From NCBI RefSeq assembly GCF_002483225.1, contig NZ_DLHL01000001.1:63325-127324 (forward strand): a stretch of DNA of 64,000 bases. The letters are read 5' to 3'. The notes below the pieces were generated by a model that did no database searches, had not been told where the DNA came from, and was given only the letters and a program-made list of their open reading frames with translations. The position numbers and the translations under genes were made by a program. The first letter of the stretch is position 1. Each line of letters begins with the position of its first letter. The stretch is from Gemmatimonas sp. UBA7669 (GTDB lineage: Bacteria > Gemmatimonadota > Gemmatimonadetes > Gemmatimonadales > Gemmatimonadaceae). Of this stretch, positions 27,169-37,944 are shown in pieces.

Positions 27169-28362
27169 TCACACCAGCGGCACCAACCCCTCCGCGATGC
27201 ACACCCGCTCGCGCCCGTTCTGCTTGGCCTTGTACAGGGCCTTGTCCGCCCGCGCCACCCACTCCTCCACATCCTCGTGGATCTCGAGCTGGGCCACGCC
27301 CACGCTCGCGCCCACCGAGAACTCCATCGCCGGATGCGGCGCCGGCATGGCCGCCAGCTGCTCCTGCAGCCGACGCGCCAAGGTCTGCGCCATCTTCCAG
27401 TCGGTGTTGTGCAGAATGGCCGCAAACTCGTCGCCGCCCAGTCGGCACAACACGTCGCTCTGACGCAGGAAGGTCTTGCCCAGTGCCTTGCCCAGATTCT
27501 GGATGGCCTGGTCGCCCGCCTGATGCCCGTACATGTCGTTGACGAGCTTGAGCTTGTCCATGTCCACCATCAGCAGCACCACGGGCTGACGGCCCAGCGA
27601 GAACATCTGCAGCGCACGTGGCGCCATCACATCGAACAGCTTGCGGTTGCCAAGCCCGGTGAGCGCATCGGTGGTGCTTTCGCGCCGCGCCTCTTCGAGC
27701 TGCTTGCCCAGTCGGTCGAGCTTGGTGGCCAAACTCACGTACTGTTCCTGCTGCTGCTCACGGCGCTCCTGCAGTGCGCTTTCAATGGCCAGCACGGCGC
27801 CCAGCACTTCCTGCTTGATGGTGCCCGTCTGCATACGCTTGAGCGCGCCCTTGGCCCGCTCCATCTGTTCTTCGGTGGTCTGGTCGGCATGGTGATCGAC
27901 CTTCACCGCATTGTGCACCGTCTCCACGCAGGCCCACAGGGCATCGCGCAACTCACTGATGCTCGCGCTCACATACCGATGTTCATCGCGGCGCTGATCC
28001 GTCACCGCCCGCACCACACCCGTCCAATCGCGCTCATGCACGGCGGCCGATCCGCGCTCGTGCTCGTCCAGCGGGAAGCCCAGCGTGGCATGGCGATGCC
28101 AGCGGGTCAGCTCACGCGACGTGTCCTCGCCCGATCGATCGGGCAGATCCAGAGGGTAGCGGGAGAGGGCGGTGAGAATTCCACCCAAGGCATCGAGTAC
28201 CAGGCCAAGACTCTGCTCGGCAGATGCCAAGCTGTTGCCGGATGGCGAGCCGTTCGACGCAGGCGCAGCAGATGATACGGACAGTTGGGGAGAGCCGTTC
28301 GCGCGGTCCGAGCTTCCTCGCTCGGACGAAGGGCGCGGCTCCATGAGCTTCTTGAAAAACAT
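27169..28362 (-). CDS. Cytoplasmic diguanylate cyclase with coiled-coil N-terminus
   Basis: DALTGLGNR, DMDKLKLVNDMYGHQAGD, RQSD I-site, RLGGDEF and ADKALYKAKQNGR. Confidence 0.93.
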   Translation of the reverse strand: MFFKKLMEPRPSSERGSSDRANGSPQLSVSSAAPASNGSPSGNSLASAEQSLGLVLDALGGILTALSRYPLDLPDRSGEDTSRELTRWHRHATLGFPLDEHERGSAAVHERDWTGVVRAVTDQRRDEHRYVSASISELRDALWACVETVHNAVKVDHHADQTTEEQMERAKGALKRMQTGTIKQEVLGAVLAIESALQERREQQQEQYVSLATKLDRLGKQLEEARRESTTDALTGLGNRKLFDVMAPRALQMFSLGRQPVVLLMVDMDKLKLVNDMYGHQAGDQAIQNLGKALGKTFLRQSDVLCRLGGDEFAAILHNTDWKMAQTLARRLQEQLAAMPAPHPAMEFSVGASVGVAQLEIHEDVEEWVARADKALYKAKQNGRERVCIAEGLVPLV

Positions 28363-28513
28363 GGGTCGTGGTGAGGGTTTGTCATGAGAATCGACACATC
28401 CTCCCAAGAGCTTGAGCCTTTGCTCCCACCCTCACCACGGCTTGCCACACCTCAGCCTGCGAATTGCTCACACCACCGGCACCACCGTCACCGAGGCGGC
28501 CAAAAAGCCGCCG

Positions 28514-30304
28514 TCAGAACTCACTGGCCTCAAATGCCATGATGGGCGCCGCCCCTGCCTGCATGGCCGTGAGCAGCGTGCCACACTCGGGCAGTACGCG
28601 CGCGAAGTAGAAGCGCGCCGTCTTGAGCTTGGCCTGATGGAACGCGGCGTCACCACGCCCCGCAGCCAGGGCGTCCGACGACACGGTGGCCATGCGCAGC
28701 CACTGCCAACCCACCGCCACATACCCCATGAGATGCAGGTACTCCGTGGCCGACGCGCCCGCCTCGTCCGGGTTGGCAAACCCGCGCTCGGCCAGCAGCA
28801 TGGTGGCCTTCTGCAACTGATACAGCGACGCGCCAAGCGCCTTGGCGTGATCGGCCAACGCATCGTTGGTCGCCGCCGCGTCGATGTCCGCCTTCACGAG
28901 TTCGAAGAAGCGACGCACCAAACGGCCGCCTTCCATGGGCAGCTTGCGGCCCACGAGGTCAAGTGCCTGCACGGCATTCGTGCCCTCGTAAATCTGCGCG
29001 ATGCGCGCATCCCGCACGTACTGCTCCACGCCATACTCGCGGATGTAGCCGTGACCACCCAGCGTCTGCAGCGCGATATTGGTGTTGTCGAAGCCCTTGT
29101 CGGTGAGAAACGCCTTGATGACCGGTGTCATGAGCGCCACCATATCCTGCGCATCCTGACGTACCGACGCATCGGGATGGCGATGCTCGAGATCAATGCG
29201 CACGCCCACCCAGTAGGCCAGCGAGCGCATGCCCTCGTTGAAGGCCTTGATGCGCAGCAGACCCTTGCGCACATCGGGATGCACGAGGATGGGATCGGCG
29301 GGCCCTTCGGCGTTCTTCACGCCGGTAAGCGCCCGTCCCTGCAGGCGCTCCTTCGCATAGGCCAGCGCATTCTGATACGCCACCTCCGACAGACCCAGTC
29401 CCTGCAGACCCACCGCCAGGCGCGCGCTGTTCATCATGACGAACATGGCGCGCATGCCCTTGTGCGGCTCACCCACCATCCATCCCGTGGCGCCGTCGAA
29501 GTTGAGCACACAGGTGGCCGAGGCCTTGATGCCCATCTTGTGCTCGACACTGCCGCAGGTCACGCCGTTGCGCGCGCCCACACCACCATCAGCTGTCGGC
29601 AGGAACTTGGGCACCAGAAACAGCGAGATGCCCTTCGTGCCACTCGGTGCGTCCGGCAACTTGGCCAGCACGAGATGCACGATGTTCTCGGTGAGATCGT
29701 GCTCGCCCGCCGAGATGAAAATCTTCTGACCCGTGATGCGATACGTGCCGTTCTCGGCCGGCTCGGCCCGGGTGGTGAGAATGCCAAGGTCTGTGCCGGC
29801 GTGCGCTTCCGTGAGACACATGGTGCCGCCCCACGAGCCGTCGATGAGCTTGGGCAGGAAACGCTGCTTGAGTTCATCGGAACCATGACTCATGAGTGCG
29901 CTGTACGCGCCGTGTGACAGACCCGGATACATGCTGAAGGAGAGGTTGGCCGAGCACAACATCTCCTCCATGACAAAGCGCACCATCTCCGGGAGTCCCT
30001 GGCCTCCGTACTCGCTGGTGGCGGCCACGCCGGTCCAGCCGTCGGCCGCATAGCGCGTGTACGCCTCCTTGAAACCAGAGGGCGTGCGCACCTCACCGTT
30101 CTCAAAGTGCACACCTTCGATGTCCCCCGGCTGATTGAGCGGAAACAGCACGTCCTCGCAGAAGGCCGCGCCGCCCGCCAGCACCTCGTCGATCATGTCC
30201 GGTGTGGCGTCCTCGAAGCCCGGCAGACGGGACAACTGCGCGATGTCGTGGACCTCGTGCAGGAGGTAGCGGATATCCTGGAGGGGAGCGCGGTAGCTGG
30301 GCAT
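28514..30304 (-). CDS. Acyl-CoA dehydrogenase
   Basis: MCLTEAHAGTDLG, GQKIFIS, EHKMGIKASATC, GGHGYIRE and QIYEGTN. Confidence 0.95.
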   Translation of the reverse strand: MPSYRAPLQDIRYLLHEVHDIAQLSRLPGFEDATPDMIDEVLAGGAAFCEDVLFPLNQPGDIEGVHFENGEVRTPSGFKEAYTRYAADGWTGVAATSEYGGQGLPEMVRFVMEEMLCSANLSFSMYPGLSHGAYSALMSHGSDELKQRFLPKLIDGSWGGTMCLTEAHAGTDLGILTTRAEPAENGTYRITGQKIFISAGEHDLTENIVHLVLAKLPDAPSGTKGISLFLVPKFLPTADGGVGARNGVTCGSVEHKMGIKASATCVLNFDGATGWMVGEPHKGMRAMFVMMNSARLAVGLQGLGLSEVAYQNALAYAKERLQGRALTGVKNAEGPADPILVHPDVRKGLLRIKAFNEGMRSLAYWVGVRIDLEHRHPDASVRQDAQDMVALMTPVIKAFLTDKGFDNTNIALQTLGGHGYIREYGVEQYVRDARIAQIYEGTNAVQALDLVGRKLPMEGGRLVRRFFELVKADIDAAATNDALADHAKALGASLYQLQKATMLLAERGFANPDEAGASATEYLHLMGYVAVGWQWLRMATVSSDALAAGRGDAAFHQAKLKTARFYFARVLPECGTLLTAMQAGAAPIMAFEASEF

Positions 30305-30500
30305 GACGGGCCTCGGGCAGGGGTTCACTGGTCCTGTCTCTCACGCTACGTGCCGTTCACGAGGGCGGCAAGGGGTTTTGCGACGATTCCGTCATGTTTT
30401 TTTCCTGACCCCGGGGCGGCACCCTGTCAGGACTGCAACCCCTGCCCCGTCGGGCGCAGCCCCTTAGACTGCAGATGACCCTTTCGGAGACCTGCCCCTC

Positions 30501-32411
30501 ATGAAGCAGTTTTTCACCGCCCTGGCGGCGAATCTGGTGACCATTGCCGTGTGTGTCGTGGGATTCATTCTCATCGGCGTGGGACTCATTGCCTCGGCCG
30601 GAGCACGCGCGCCCGTCGAGGTGCGCCAGGGCTCGGTGCTGATCGTGGATCTCGACCGCCCGCTCAGCGATCAACCGGCGCGCCTCGAAGCCAAGTCGTT
30701 GTTTGACGACGCGCTGCAGCCGGGTGGCATGGCGCTGCCCCTGCGCGCTGCCACCATCGGCATTCGCGCCGCGGCATCGGACGATCGCATCTCGGCGCTG
30801 CTCATTCGTGGCAATGTGGCCAGCGACGGCACACGCTCCGGGTTCGCGGCGCTCAAGGAATTGCGCGCGGCGGTGGACAGCTTTCGCGTGAGCAAGAAGC
30901 CGGTGCACGCCTATCTCGTCACACCCGACACGCGCAGCTATTACGTGGCCTCCGCGGCGAGCACCATTACGCTCGACCCGTTCGGTACGCTCATGTTGCC
31001 CGGCCTCGCGGCCGAGCCGGTGTTTCTTACCGGCCTGTTCGAGAAGTACGGCATTGGCATGCAGGTCAGCCGCGTCGGGCGATTCAAGGCCGCCGTGGAG
31101 CCCTTTACGCGGCGCGACATGAGCAGCGAGAACCGCGTGCAGACACAGGCCTACCTGAACGACCTCTGGAGCGAGGTGAAGTCAGCCATCGCGCGCTCGC
31201 GCGGCATTGACACGGTGGCATTGCAGACGCTGGTGGACACGCAGGGGCTTCTGCTCCCCGCTGACGCCGAAGCCGCCAAGCTCATCGATCGCCGTGCCTA
31301 CTTCGACGTGGTGCTCGACGAACTGCAGCGCACCGCAACCGGGGGAACCAACAGTGGCACCGACAAGACGTCGGCCCGCGACAGTGCCCGCTCCTCGGAC
31401 CTGGACCTCCTGCTCGACCGTCCGGCGCTTCCTCAGATCACGCTCGAACAGTACGCGCCGCTGGCCATGGCCAAGGAGCGACTCTATAGCGCGAGCCAGG
31501 TGGTGGCCGTGGTGTACGCGGAAGGCGACATCGTGGACGGCGAAGGCGGCGACGGCACCATTGGTGGAGCCTCGCTGTCGCGTGAACTGCGCAAGCTGCG
31601 CCGCAATGCCAAGGTGAAGGCGGTCGTGCTGCGGGTGAACAGTCCGGGCGGCAGCGCCATTGCCTCTGAGCAGATTCAGCGCGAACTCGCGCTCATCAAG
31701 CAGCAGAAGCCGGTTGTGGTGTCCATGGGTTCGCTCGCCGCCTCCGGTGGCTATTGGATTTCCACGGCAGCGTCTCGTGTGTTCGCCGAGCCCAACACCA
31801 TTACGGGTTCGATTGGCGTGTTTGCGCTGGTGCCCAACATCCAGACGCTGGCCAACCGTCAGGGCATCACGTTTGACACCGTCAAGACCGGACGCTACGC
31901 CGACCTGTTCACCATTGCTCGTCCGCGCACGGACGCCGAGCTGGCGGTGCTGCAGCGCGGCACCGATGCAGTATACGACGCCTTCCTGCAGCGCGTGGCC
32001 GACGCGCGTGGACTCGCGCTGGATTCCGTGCGCGCCATTGCGGAAGGCCGCGTGTGGTCTGGCGTACGGGCGCAGCAGCTGGGACTTGTCGACTCGCTCG
32101 GCAGCCTGCCCAGCGCCATCAAGAGTGCCGCGTCACTGGCCAAGATCACCGGCGACTATGACGTGCAAGAGTTCCCGCGTCTCAAGAGTCCCACCGAGCG
32201 TCTGACGGAGCTGCTGGAAGACAAGCCGGCGCCCGTGGCGGCGCGCCACACCGCGGCCGACATGGCCGAGGCGGCGGCGGGAGCCATGGGTGGCAACTCA
32301 GCCGCCGCGCGCCTTGGGCGCAGTTTCGTGCGTGAACTCGAGGTGCTGCTGCGCTACAACGACCCGCGCGGTGTGTATGCGCGCATGCCGTACATCCTCG
32401 GCATTCATTGA
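30501..32411 (+). CDS. sppA: Signal peptide peptidase SppA (67K type)
   Basis: YYVASAA, GRFKAAVEPF, LRVNSPGGSA, SMGSLAASGGYWIS, TITGSIGV and AEGRVWSG. Confidence 0.95.
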   Translation: MKQFFTALAANLVTIAVCVVGFILIGVGLIASAGARAPVEVRQGSVLIVDLDRPLSDQPARLEAKSLFDDALQPGGMALPLRAATIGIRAAASDDRISALLIRGNVASDGTRSGFAALKELRAAVDSFRVSKKPVHAYLVTPDTRSYYVASAASTITLDPFGTLMLPGLAAEPVFLTGLFEKYGIGMQVSRVGRFKAAVEPFTRRDMSSENRVQTQAYLNDLWSEVKSAIARSRGIDTVALQTLVDTQGLLLPADAEAAKLIDRRAYFDVVLDELQRTATGGTNSGTDKTSARDSARSSDLDLLLDRPALPQITLEQYAPLAMAKERLYSASQVVAVVYAEGDIVDGEGGDGTIGGASLSRELRKLRRNAKVKAVVLRVNSPGGSAIASEQIQRELALIKQQKPVVVSMGSLAASGGYWISTAASRVFAEPNTITGSIGVFALVPNIQTLANRQGITFDTVKTGRYADLFTIARPRTDAELAVLQRGTDAVYDAFLQRVADARGLALDSVRAIAEGRVWSGVRAQQLGLVDSLGSLPSAIKSAASLAKITGDYDVQEFPRLKSPTERLTELLEDKPAPVAARHTAADMAEAAAGAMGGNSAAARLGRSFVRELEVLLRYNDPRGVYARMPYILGIH

Positions 32412-32433
32412 GGAGAGCGGCACGCAACCGGTC

Positions 32434-34617
32434 TCAGTCGCGACGCACCTGCATCACGAATGCGAGGCGTCGCGGCAGGCCGGGCTCGAAGAAACGGTTG
32501 CGCGTGGCGTTGATGACCAGCGACGACGCGTAGCGCCGGTCGAACAGGTTTTCGACGGAGAGCGTGGGTTCAAGCGTCACGCCAGCCCAGCGGGATGACG
32601 AGGCGCCGAGTCGCATGTTCCACACCGAAAATCCGGCGCCCTGCACTGTGCCGGCATCGTTGGCGGCGGCCGCACTGCTGCCTGTCCATTCCAGCGTGGC
32701 AAAGGCCCCGCGCGCCCGTGCGGTGACAAACCCCTGCCCGTAGTGTTCGGGCACACCGGGAATGCGTTGACCGGCAAACGACGTCGTGCCGACATCGTAG
32801 CGATCGAAGCGGAACCGCGACCAGGTGTACGACGCGCCGACATCAATCATCGACCACGCCAACCGCACGGCCGACTCGGCGCCGCGCCGTGTGGTCTGGC
32901 CTGCATTGCGAAAGGCACGACGACCAGGCTGGTTGGGCACATCAAAGGGCACAAGCTCGTCCTGCACCACGGCCTCGAACAGCGCGAGATCGGCGCGCAC
33001 GCGCTGCCCCAGCAGCGCCTGGGTTCCCACTTCCATCGTGCGTGTACGCTGCGGTTCGAGCGTTGCGTTGAGTCCTGCGGCACCCGTTTCCTGATTGGTG
33101 AGCTCGGTGACCGTGGGCGTTTCAAACGCCGTGGCAAGGTTGCCGTAGAGCGACCAGCGCGGCTGGGCCCGCCAGGTCACACCGAGCATGGGGCTCACCG
33201 CGCGCAGGCTGCGGTCACCCGAGTCGTCGACGTTGCTGGCCGTGATGAAGCGATCGCGCACACCGAACTGCACCTGATCGAATCGCAGAGCCGTGCTCAC
33301 GAACACCTGCCGCGGCGCTTCGATCTCCACCCGGGCGTAACCACCCAGGTTTGCGGCGCGCTCCTGCTGATCGAGTCGCGTGGCTCCACGCTCATTGCCC
33401 GGCACCGGGCAGCGCGTTGACGGCGGGGCGCTGGGCAGTTGCTCCGCGCAGTTTTCGTAGTTGTAGCGTTCGTCCACGAGACGCTGCGCATCGACACCCG
33501 CACCCAAACGAAGCGGCCAGGGTGTGGACGGCAGACGCCAGGAGCCATGTACGCTGCCGCCCATCACGGCCCTGTCGACGGCCACCATGGCAAAGGGCAG
33601 CGGATTGTCGAGCATACGTGTGCCGCCAAAGAGCGACGCCCGAAGCTGTCCGTTGCCCACATCCCGCTCGGCCATGAGCGCCAGTTGCGTTTGCTGCACC
33701 GCCTTGCGCGAACGCCGCGTGATGTTGAGCGAATCGGGCAGGCGCGGATCGCGCGACAGTTCAGCGGCCGTCAGAGCGCCGGTGTTTTCTGCGCGCGGCG
33801 CGTCGTACACCGTGCCTTGCAACTCGAAGCGCGTGCCGCCGACTGTGGTGAGGCCTCGCGCAAACACGCTGCTGGCGTCGAAGCGCGACCACGCGCGCGG
33901 ACCGTCGCCCGCGGTGCGTGTGAAACTGGCCAGCCACTGACTCTGCTGCAGTACACCGCTCGAGTCACCCAACGCTCCGCGCAGGCTGCCCGAGGCCTGC
34001 ACATTGGCCCGCTGCAGGCCTCCGCCGTTCCACCATCGCGCCTGCAGGGCGAGGGGCAGAGTGGATGGCGCACGCGAGCGCATATCCACCACACCACCGG
34101 CCGCATTGCCATACAGCGCGGCCGCGGTTCCGCGCACCACATCCACACGGTCCACCGTTTCGAGATCGATCCAGTCGATGGGTGTCTGCCCGTCTGGCAG
34201 CGAGACCGGTACGCCATCACGCAGCACCCGCACGCCGCGCACGCCAAAGGCCGATCGCGCACCGAATCCGCGAACCGCAATGCGCGAATCCTGGGAAGGA
34301 TTGCTGCGGTCCTGCACCTGAACGCCCGGCACCGCGAGCAGCAAGTCGCTTACGCTGGTACGGCGCTGCGCGGGGCGCGCAGGCAATGGCGCTGTGGTCA
34401 GCGCAAAGGGCAACTCGAAGGGTGATCGCGCGGCGTCACGCGTGACAGAGACACGCACCGTATTGAGGCGGCGCGCCGTGGAGTCGTCGGCCACACTGTC
34501 GCGTGTTGCCACCTGCGCGACCAGTGGGACGGGCGCTGCCAGCGCGGCAACCACCGTGATGCGCCGGAGCAGAATGAACGGACGCAGGTTGGGCCGGAAA
34601 GTCGGATTGGAAGTCAC
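32434..34617 (-). CDS. TonB-dependent receptor
   Basis: Plug RGFGARSAFGVRGVRVLRDGVP...DVVRGTAAALYGNAAGGVV; C-terminal VENLFDRRYASS...FEPGLPR. Start uncertain. Confidence 0.92.
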   Translation of the reverse strand: MTSNPTFRPNLRPFILLRRITVVAALAAPVPLVAQVATRDSVADDSTARRLNTVRVSVTRDAARSPFELPFALTTAPLPARPAQRRTSVSDLLLAVPGVQVQDRSNPSQDSRIAVRGFGARSAFGVRGVRVLRDGVPVSLPDGQTPIDWIDLETVDRVDVVRGTAAALYGNAAGGVVDMRSRAPSTLPLALQARWWNGGGLQRANVQASGSLRGALGDSSGVLQQSQWLASFTRTAGDGPRAWSRFDASSVFARGLTTVGGTRFELQGTVYDAPRAENTGALTAAELSRDPRLPDSLNITRRSRKAVQQTQLALMAERDVGNGQLRASLFGGTRMLDNPLPFAMVAVDRAVMGGSVHGSWRLPSTPWPLRLGAGVDAQRLVDERYNYENCAEQLPSAPPSTRCPVPGNERGATRLDQQERAANLGGYARVEIEAPRQVFVSTALRFDQVQFGVRDRFITASNVDDSGDRSLRAVSPMLGVTWRAQPRWSLYGNLATAFETPTVTELTNQETGAAGLNATLEPQRTRTMEVGTQALLGQRVRADLALFEAVVQDELVPFDVPNQPGRRAFRNAGQTTRRGAESAVRLAWSMIDVGASYTWSRFRFDRYDVGTTSFAGQRIPGVPEHYGQGFVTARARGAFATLEWTGSSAAAANDAGTVQGAGFSVWNMRLGASSSRWAGVTLEPTLSVENLFDRRYASSLVINATRNRFFEPGLPRRLAFVMQVRRD

Positions 34618-34674
34618 GCCTGCAAATATCGCGCGACACCCAGCCTTGCGGGTATGGGACGGCGGGCCGGTCGC

Positions 34675-35472
34675 TCAGCGCAGCGGCTTGGTGCAGTTCG
34701 GCGTGCGGTCGTTGGGGCCGTCGTCAAAGAGCTCGCCGGTGCGTGAACAGATCACGCCCGTCTCCACATCACGCAGCGAGACGAACCAGTGCGAGGCCGT
34801 GGAGTTGGACTGCACCATACGCTGGCCTTCGGGCACTTTCATGCCGGCGGCCTGCAGCTCAGACCACGACGCAAAGCGCCGATTCAGCACACGGAAGGTC
34901 TGCTGACGATCATTCACCTGCGCCAGCGTGCCGGTGAGCGCCGTGGTGCGCCGTTCGACCGTCATGTTGCCGCGAACGGTTACCGAGGCCACGGCCACCG
35001 TGAGCAGCGCAAACGTCGCCAGCAGGCTCGTGACCAGCATGCTCTCGTTTCGCGAGCGGGTGCTGGCCTGGGCGACCACCTTGGCCTTTGCGGAGGAGCG
35101 GGTCTTGGCCGCCGACTTGGACGCCGGCTTGCTGGCCGTCGAGGAAGGCGCCGGGGTTGGCAGCTCCACGGCGCCCGCCACCACGCGCGGCTGCGGCGCG
35201 CCGGCCTTCGGCCCGGTGACATTGGCCCAGGGGTCATTGAGCCGCGCGGCACCGCCAGGCGCCGGCTTTCGCTCGCGGCCGCTGCGTTCGTTCTCCGCAT
35301 GCATGTCCTTCCACGTGCGACGCGGCGCGGCCATCACCGGCACGGTCTCCTTGGGGATCTCGTGCGGCACGCGTGGCTTGAGATCCACGGGCGCCCCCAA
35401 TGGCCGAGACGCCGCGCGGAAGCGATCCGCAGCGAGCGTGGACGGTCGGCGTTTCGGGGGCGTGGTGGACAT
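34675..35472 (-). CDS. Membrane-anchored protein with a pilin-like C-terminal domain
   Basis: Long basic Pro/Ala/Ser-rich N-terminus, one TM helix, then an amphipathic helix and beta region ending in a Cys pair. Confidence 0.55.
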   Translation of the reverse strand: MSTTPPKRRPSTLAADRFRAASRPLGAPVDLKPRVPHEIPKETVPVMAAPRRTWKDMHAENERSGRERKPAPGGAARLNDPWANVTGPKAGAPQPRVVAGAVELPTPAPSSTASKPASKSAAKTRSSAKAKVVAQASTRSRNESMLVTSLLATFALLTVAVASVTVRGNMTVERRTTALTGTLAQVNDRQQTFRVLNRRFASWSELQAAGMKVPEGQRMVQSNSTASHWFVSLRDVETGVICSRTGELFDDGPNDRTPNCTKPLR

Positions 35473-35643
35473 GAGATCATGCTATTTCCCTGACGACGGA
35501 ACGGAAATAGCGACACCGGCATCAGCGTCACACTGCCGGCATATTTTTTGGACACGGTCCCGACTGTCAGGCGTTACAATCGGGACCGCTCCCGCCCTCG
35601 CGGCTCGCGATCAGGCGTCCTTCAGGCCTACCTCAGGCGCGGT

Positions 35644-36213
35644 TCAGGCGGCGCGGGCCTGTAGCGTCTGCCGAAGCCGCTCGGCCACCGCCTGACGCTG
35701 CGCCGGTGTTCCTACACGCAGCGCGTCGACTCCGGCCAGCAGCAGATGCATGCGGGGGTCCTTGGTGGCCACCTTGGTGAGGCCACTGAACAGGGGTGCG
35801 AGCGACTCGCCTCGGACCTCGCCGCCTTCGGCCGCCCACACAAAATTGCGCGGCTCGGCGCCGCCACTCGTCGCCCCGCCGCCCACGGCCGCCGCCAGCT
35901 CCGGGTGCGCGAAGGCCGTGGGATGGCCGCTGCGTTCGGGGCCATGCACGGCCGGGAACGCGAAGCGCACGCCATGCTCGAGGAATTCCATGAGCGCATC
36001 GATGCGCACGGTGCGGCTGCCCGGCCCGCAGATCCCCGCCAGCTGCAGTCGCGCTACGCTGCGATGCACCGCGCTGGTGCTGGTGGCAAGGGCATTGGCG
36101 AGCGGCTCGTAGCGATCCTCGGGCACCAGCACGAGACGGAGCGCGACGGCGATGTCGAACGGGCGGAGCGACGGTTGAGATGGCACGGTGAACCTGGGGT
36201 GGGAGACAGGCAT
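35644..36213 (-). CDS. HTH-containing protein resembling type IV TA antitoxin-like regulators
   Basis: LRPFDIAVALRL...TSTSAVHRSVARL HTH; EFLEHGVRFAFP...PTAFAHP...LAGVDALRVG pattern (family recalled, not searched). Confidence 0.55.
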   Translation of the reverse strand: MPVSHPRFTVPSQPSLRPFDIAVALRLVLVPEDRYEPLANALATSTSAVHRSVARLQLAGICGPGSRTVRIDALMEFLEHGVRFAFPAVHGPERSGHPTAFAHPELAAAVGGGATSGGAEPRNFVWAAEGGEVRGESLAPLFSGLTKVATKDPRMHLLLAGVDALRVGTPAQRQAVAERLRQTLQARAA

Positions 36214-36451
36214 ATGGGGAATGCTCCCAAAGTATGGAAGATCGGAATTTCCATGTTGCGACTTGTGGCAGTTATCCGTCCCGCATTTTTAACCATTTGC
36301 CACTACTAAACGGCCTTTCCCGTACCGTTCGGAACGTCTGACCATACAGCAGCTAAGGAGTTCTTAATTGTGGTAAAGCGTTGCCAGCACGGCGCTTGCG
36401 CAACCCATTGGCTCACTGGCGAGAGATGGCCCGTTCTGTCAGCTTTGCAGC

Positions 36452-37630
36452 ATGACCGAACCCGTCGTCTTTCATGCCACGCCGCGCTTCCCGCGTGGCT
36501 TTCGTTGTGCCAGTCGGAACGTGGGACTCAAGCCCACCGCGCGCGACCTGACGCTGTTTGCCAGCGACCGTGATGCGGCCGCTGCCGCCGTGTTCACCCG
36601 CAATCACTTCCCGGGCGCGCCGGTCATTCTGGGTCGAGAGACACTGCGCAGTGGTGTGCTGCGCGCCGTGATTGCCAACAGCAAGGTGAGCAATGTGGCC
36701 ACGGGTCAGGCCGGCGTGGACCACGCGCGCCGCATGGCGGCCGCGGCCGCGCAGGAACTCGGCACGTCACCCGACAAGGTGCTGGTCTCCTCAACGGGGG
36801 TGATCGGCGTGCCGCTGCCCATCGAAAAGATCGAGCGCGGTGTGGTGGGGATGTCCGCCGACCTGCAGGACGATCCCATGGTCGGCGCCGAAGGCATCAT
36901 GACCACCGACTCGCATCCCAAGGCGCTGTCGGCGTCGGTTGGTGATGCGACCATCACCTGGGTGGCCAAGGGCTCCGGCATGATCGAGCCGAACATGGCC
37001 ACCATGCTCTCGTACATCTTCACCGACGCGGCGCTCGATGCCGCCACGCTCGACCGTCTGCTGCGCGAAGCGGTGAGTGGCTCGTTCAACATGCTGTCGG
37101 TAGACACGGATACCAGCACCTCGGACACCTGCGCCATTCTGGCCAACGGCGCCGCGGGTGCGGTGGACGAAGCGGAGTTTCTGCGCGTGCTGCGCGAAGG
37201 CTGCACGCGCATGACGGAAATTCTCGCGCGTGATGGCGAGGGCGCGGAGCATCTGCTGCGGGTGAGCGTGCGGGGCGCGCTCAACGCCACGGAAGCGCGT
37301 GTGGTGGCCAAGTCCATCGTGAACTCGCCGCTGGTCAAGACCATGGTGCACGGCGCCGACCCCAACGTGGGGCGCCTGCTCATGGCGGTGGGCAAGTGCT
37401 TCAGCTGCACCATCATGCCGTCGTCCACCGATGCCTGGATCAACGGCTTTCAAGTAGTGGGACGTGGTGAGCGTCTGGCCTTTGACGATGCCGTCGTGCG
37501 CGAAACGCTCTCGCGCGAAGTGGTGGACATCGAGGTCGCACTCGGCGTGGGCGAGGGCTCGGCCACCGCCTACGGCTGCGACCTCACCAAGGGCTACGTG
37601 GACGAGAACGCGGCGTACTACAGCTCCTGA
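36452..37630 (+). CDS. argJ: Bifunctional glutamate N-acetyltransferase / amino-acid acetyltransferase
   Basis: SSTGVIG, IMTTD, AKGSGMIEPNMATML, DTDTSTSDT, RDGEGA, GADPNVGR and GCDLTKGYVDENA. Confidence 0.96.
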   Translation: MTEPVVFHATPRFPRGFRCASRNVGLKPTARDLTLFASDRDAAAAAVFTRNHFPGAPVILGRETLRSGVLRAVIANSKVSNVATGQAGVDHARRMAAAAAQELGTSPDKVLVSSTGVIGVPLPIEKIERGVVGMSADLQDDPMVGAEGIMTTDSHPKALSASVGDATITWVAKGSGMIEPNMATMLSYIFTDAALDAATLDRLLREAVSGSFNMLSVDTDTSTSDTCAILANGAAGAVDEAEFLRVLREGCTRMTEILARDGEGAEHLLRVSVRGALNATEARVVAKSIVNSPLVKTMVHGADPNVGRLLMAVGKCFSCTIMPSSTDAWINGFQVVGRGERLAFDDAVVRETLSREVVDIEVALGVGEGSATAYGCDLTKGYVDENAAYYSS

Positions 37631-37662
37631 GTGGCCGGCCCTCTTGGCGTTCGCATGATAGT

Positions 37663-37935
37663 CAACCGCTCACGCAGAGAAGGGGAGAGCGCAGAGTTCG
37701 CAGAGAACCGCGGTCGGGGTTGAACTGCCTTGTCGCGGATGACACGGATGGAGCGGAAACAGCACGGATTGAACAGCAGTCAAGAGTTGGCGGAGTGTTC
37801 ATGCCTTACCCTCTGCGGCCTCGGCGCCCTCTATTCCTCTGCGTGAGCTGTTGTCAGTCTCAGCTCACGCACCGGAGCCCGGGCACGGCGAGCAGTCAAT
37901 CCGTGCTGTTTCCGTTTGTTGTCCGCGAAATCCGT
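37663..37935. repeat. REP-like palindromic repeat cluster A
   Basis: Internal inverted pairs 37663-37679/37837-37853 and 37754-37770/37899-37914; 37685-37770 is an inverted near-copy of 48034-48118. Confidence 0.85.
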
Positions 37936-37944
37936 GATAATCAG

